A stretch of 17,513 nt of DNA. Origin: Minisyncoccia bacterium (GTDB taxonomy: Bacteria > Patescibacteriota > Minisyncoccia > Phycocordibacterales > UBA918). A model generated the notes under the pieces. The model saw only the letters and a list, made by a program, of their open reading frames with translations. It was not told the DNA's origin and did no database searches. How positions within the stretch are numbered: the stretch's first letter is position 1; each line of letters starts with the position of its first letter. Of the stretch, positions 15,371 to 17,513 are shown piece after piece. The translations under genes and the position numbers were made by a program. The stretch is from NCBI GenBank assembly GCA_964229335.1, contig CAXRCZ010000003.1:1-17513 (forward strand), written 5' to 3'.

Positions 15371-16477
15371 ATGAAAATTATTTCCATTCTGGTCGGTGCC
15401 GTGACATTCCTCATGGTGTCGGCTAGTCCCGCATACGCTTCCGGGTGTGATTTTATCCCCGGACAGCAAATGCAAATCAACCAAGCTGCTGTATCTGAAC
15501 GGCTGGAAAATGCCGGCGCTGACACTGTCGATAAGTTTGTCGGCCAAATAGTCGGTGCCTTGGCGCAACCAGAGAACGCAGATGCACTTCCGTCTGTCAG
15601 TCAGCAATGTCGTTCGTCGCAGTTTCTGCGGCCGGCGATTATCCAGCTGAACAACCTCAGTCCTAACGCATCTTCTCAGACGCTGGTTGGCAAAGTGCTG
15701 GTTCTTCCGGCGCAAATGGCCACTTCGGCCTCGTCACCGCGACCGGCGACTCCCGCTGTTCCTAGCAGGCAGCCGGCTCCGAGTGTCACCGAACGCCAAG
15801 TCAATGAAGCTGCGCAAGCGGCTGAAGAGGCGGCAGAAGCGGTTGATCGGGTGCAAGACGAACTCACCGAGGCGGAAGCCAAGGAAGAAACTCGTTCGCG
15901 CACCCGTAGTCAACTCATTGACCAGCACAAGGCCGCCGTCAGGCAAGGTCAGCGTGACAGGGCAAGTGAGCTGATGGGTCAAATCCTGACAATCAACAGG
16001 GAGCTCGAAAGCTTGCGAAGCGAGATTTCCTCGCTGCGAAAGGATTTAACCGCTTGGAAAGATGAGTCCGACAATAGGTTGAAAGACCTTGAGGACTGGC
16101 GGAAAAAAGCCGAACCGCAGCTCGCCGCTATCATCGGTGAACCGGACGAAAGCGGTCAGCCGGTGGCGAGCCTGCGCGATCTGTTCGATGGTCTGAAGAA
16201 CAAGGCGGATCGTACCTATGTGGACGATCAAATCGCCAAGTTCCAAGCCTGCCAACAGATTCACCCTCTCTGCGTTCTCAATGAGCAGGGTGAGTATGTC
16301 GGAGCCGAATCCGAAGCGGAAGCTACGGAGGAAGGTGATAGCTGGAATCTGGCCACGTTTGTCTGGATTATGCTCGGCATCGGTCTTTTGCTTCTCGTTG
16401 GCTACCTCGTGTATCGGTTTATCCGCAAGGATGAGGCCGAGAATGAGGAATCCAATGAGGGCAACGCAGAATCCTGA
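15371..16477 (+). CDS. Type I membrane protein: signal peptide, possible degenerate LysM-like domain, Pro-rich linker, coiled coil, C-terminal TM anchor
   Basis: SD GGAGA; signal peptide ending SPAYA; AIIQLNNLSP...LVGKVLVLP; PRPATPAVPSRQPAP; heptad-rich region (INRELESLRSEISSLRKDL); TM FVWIMLGIGLLLLVGYLVY followed by RFIRK and an acidic tail. Confidence 0.82.
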   Translation: MKIISILVGAVTFLMVSASPAYASGCDFIPGQQMQINQAAVSERLENAGADTVDKFVGQIVGALAQPENADALPSVSQQCRSSQFLRPAIIQLNNLSPNASSQTLVGKVLVLPAQMATSASSPRPATPAVPSRQPAPSVTERQVNEAAQAAEEAAEAVDRVQDELTEAEAKEETRSRTRSQLIDQHKAAVRQGQRDRASELMGQILTINRELESLRSEISSLRKDLTAWKDESDNRLKDLEDWRKKAEPQLAAIIGEPDESGQPVASLRDLFDGLKNKADRTYVDDQIAKFQACQQIHPLCVLNEQGEYVGAESEAEATEEGDSWNLATFVWIMLGIGLLLLVGYLVYRFIRKDEAENEESNEGNAES

Positions 16478-16496
16478 GTGGTTCCTATTATGGCGC

Positions 16497-16520
16497 GGGC
16501 GGCGAGCTTGCTCGCCGCCC
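16497..16520. repeat. GC-rich hairpin with CUUG tetraloop after the operon
   Basis: GGGCGGCGAG-CTTG-CTCGCCGCCC; outer GTGGTT (16478-16483) / AACCAC (16522-16527) can extend it. Confidence 0.7.
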
Positions 16521-16561
16521 AAACCACCCTTAGATATTCAATCAAAAAGTTATTTTATACG

Positions 16562-16598
16562 AAGCCCGAGTCAGTTTTGACTGGGGTTTTATTATTTA
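16562..16598 (+). terminator. Probable intrinsic terminator
   Basis: AAGCCCgAGTCA-gttt-TGACTgGGGTTT followed by a T-rich run. Confidence 0.55.
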
Positions 16599-16642
16599 TG
16601 GAGCAGGTTGTAAACCAATATCTCTTCGTCTACAACATCCGC

Positions 16643-16679
16643 TTGCATAAAAAACATATATCTGTATAATAGGCGCCAC
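16643..16679 (+). promoter_or_regulatory. rRNA operon promoter
   Basis: TTGCAT (16643-16648), 16-nt spacer, TATAAT (16665-16670), GC-rich discriminator AGGCGCCAC; matches the architecture of classical rrn P1 promoters. Confidence 0.75.
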
Positions 16680-16750
16680 TGTGTAGGGGTGAGTGATAGG
16701 TGTTTTTTGACGCCTCGGGTAAGTTCCGAAACTCACTCCTTAGGGCAGTT

Positions 16751-16770
16751 GTTACTTTGAAAATTAAATA
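16751..16770 (+). promoter_or_regulatory. boxA-like antitermination element in the rRNA leader
   Basis: GTTACTTTGAAAATTAAATA resembles the rrn boxA type GTTCTTTGAAAA and follows a hairpin downstream of the promoter. Confidence 0.45.
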
Positions 16771-17145
16771 ACATATATCTATGGTTCCCAAATCATAGAT
16801 ATGTAGGTTCGATGAGTAAACGAACATTGAGGCCGATATTTGGTGGCGGGAAAAAGCCACCAAATCCGGCACTAATTCGTAATATACCCTTTGGGTATTT
16901 ACTCATTGAGCATCACAGCACTTAAACATGTTTGTAAAAACATGTTTTCAAGACAGAAGAGTTCACCACGAGGGCATTTCCATTTTTATGGTCGCACTCG
17001 AGGTGCTTCCTAAAAATTAGGTTATTAATTCTTTTGTCTTATCCTTTAGGTGATCGTCTTTGAGAGAGCGTTGAGAAAAGTACACTCCGCTCACTATGCT
17101 CAAGGACGCAGATTCAAAGTTGAGCTTGCTCAACTAGAACCTGTC

Positions 17146-17513
17146 TTTAATTAGAGTTTGATCCTAGCTCAGGATGAACGCTGGCGGCGTGGATGAGGCA
17201 TGCAACTAAATGCATGGCAGACGAGGTAGGAACACGTAGGTACGTACCCAAGAGTCAGGGATAACCCGGTGAAAATCGGGATAATACTTGATGGTCCCTT
17301 CGGGGTAAAGATTTATCGCTCTTGGAACGGCCTGCGGGCTATCAGCTTGTTGGTACGGTAACGGCGTACCAAGGCTACGACGGCTAGGGGAGGTGAGAGC
17401 CTGACCCCCACCGATGGAACTGCGACACGGTCCATACTCCTACGGGAGGCTGCAGTCGAGAATCTTCCGCAATGGGCGAAAGCCTGACGGAGCGACGCCG
17501 CGTGGTGGATGAA
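17146..17513 (+). rRNA. rrs: 16S rRNA gene, 5' part (runs off the window; exact 5' end approximate)
   Basis: AGAGTTTGATCCTAGCTCAGGATGAACGCTGGCGGCGT at 17153; ATCAGCTTGTTGGT; ACTCCTACGGGAGGCTGCAG at 17436; GCAATGGGCGAAAGCCTGAC. Confidence 0.98.

Noticed and set aside
16478-16872. Short ORFs 16478..16669 (+) and 16630..16872 (-)
   Set aside because: They overlap hairpins, a terminator, the rRNA promoter and leader, and show no protein-like features.
1-17513. CRISPR array, transposase, integrase or prophage
   Set aside because: No regularly spaced direct repeats or recognisable recombinase, transposase or phage motifs were seen by eye.

Overview
Bacterial chromosomal segment. The 16S rRNA signature and gene content (archaeal-type pyrH, UPF0200-like kinase, Cys-paired Ig-like surface protein, no Shine-Dalgarno on core genes) suggest Patescibacteria/CPR, probably Parcubacteria; this assignment is inference. 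Gene order: 3' part of a large Ig/PKD/CARDB-like surface protein, a membrane-anchored VWA protein, rodA, a GT4 glycosyltransferase (minus strand), a polyprenyl-phosphate sugar transferase, an NAD-dependent epimerase, folD with one in-frame TAA, secD-secF, a P-loop kinase, an orphan AbrB/MazE-like gene, pyrH (minus strand), a membrane protein, a GC-rich operon of three secreted Cys-paired proteins, then an rRNA promoter, a long structured leader and the 5' end of the 16S gene. Four features stand out. (1) Between secF and the kinase, the first 14 codons of the kinase occur twice, differing at every third codon position after ATG, and are separated by a four-way-junction RNA-like element that base-pairs with the first copy. 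(2) The GC-rich secreted-protein operon uses SD sites and a boxA-like leader, whereas core genes look leaderless. (3) 16S helix 6 is almost absent. (4) A VWA domain appears inserted between two cysteines inside an Ig-like fold.
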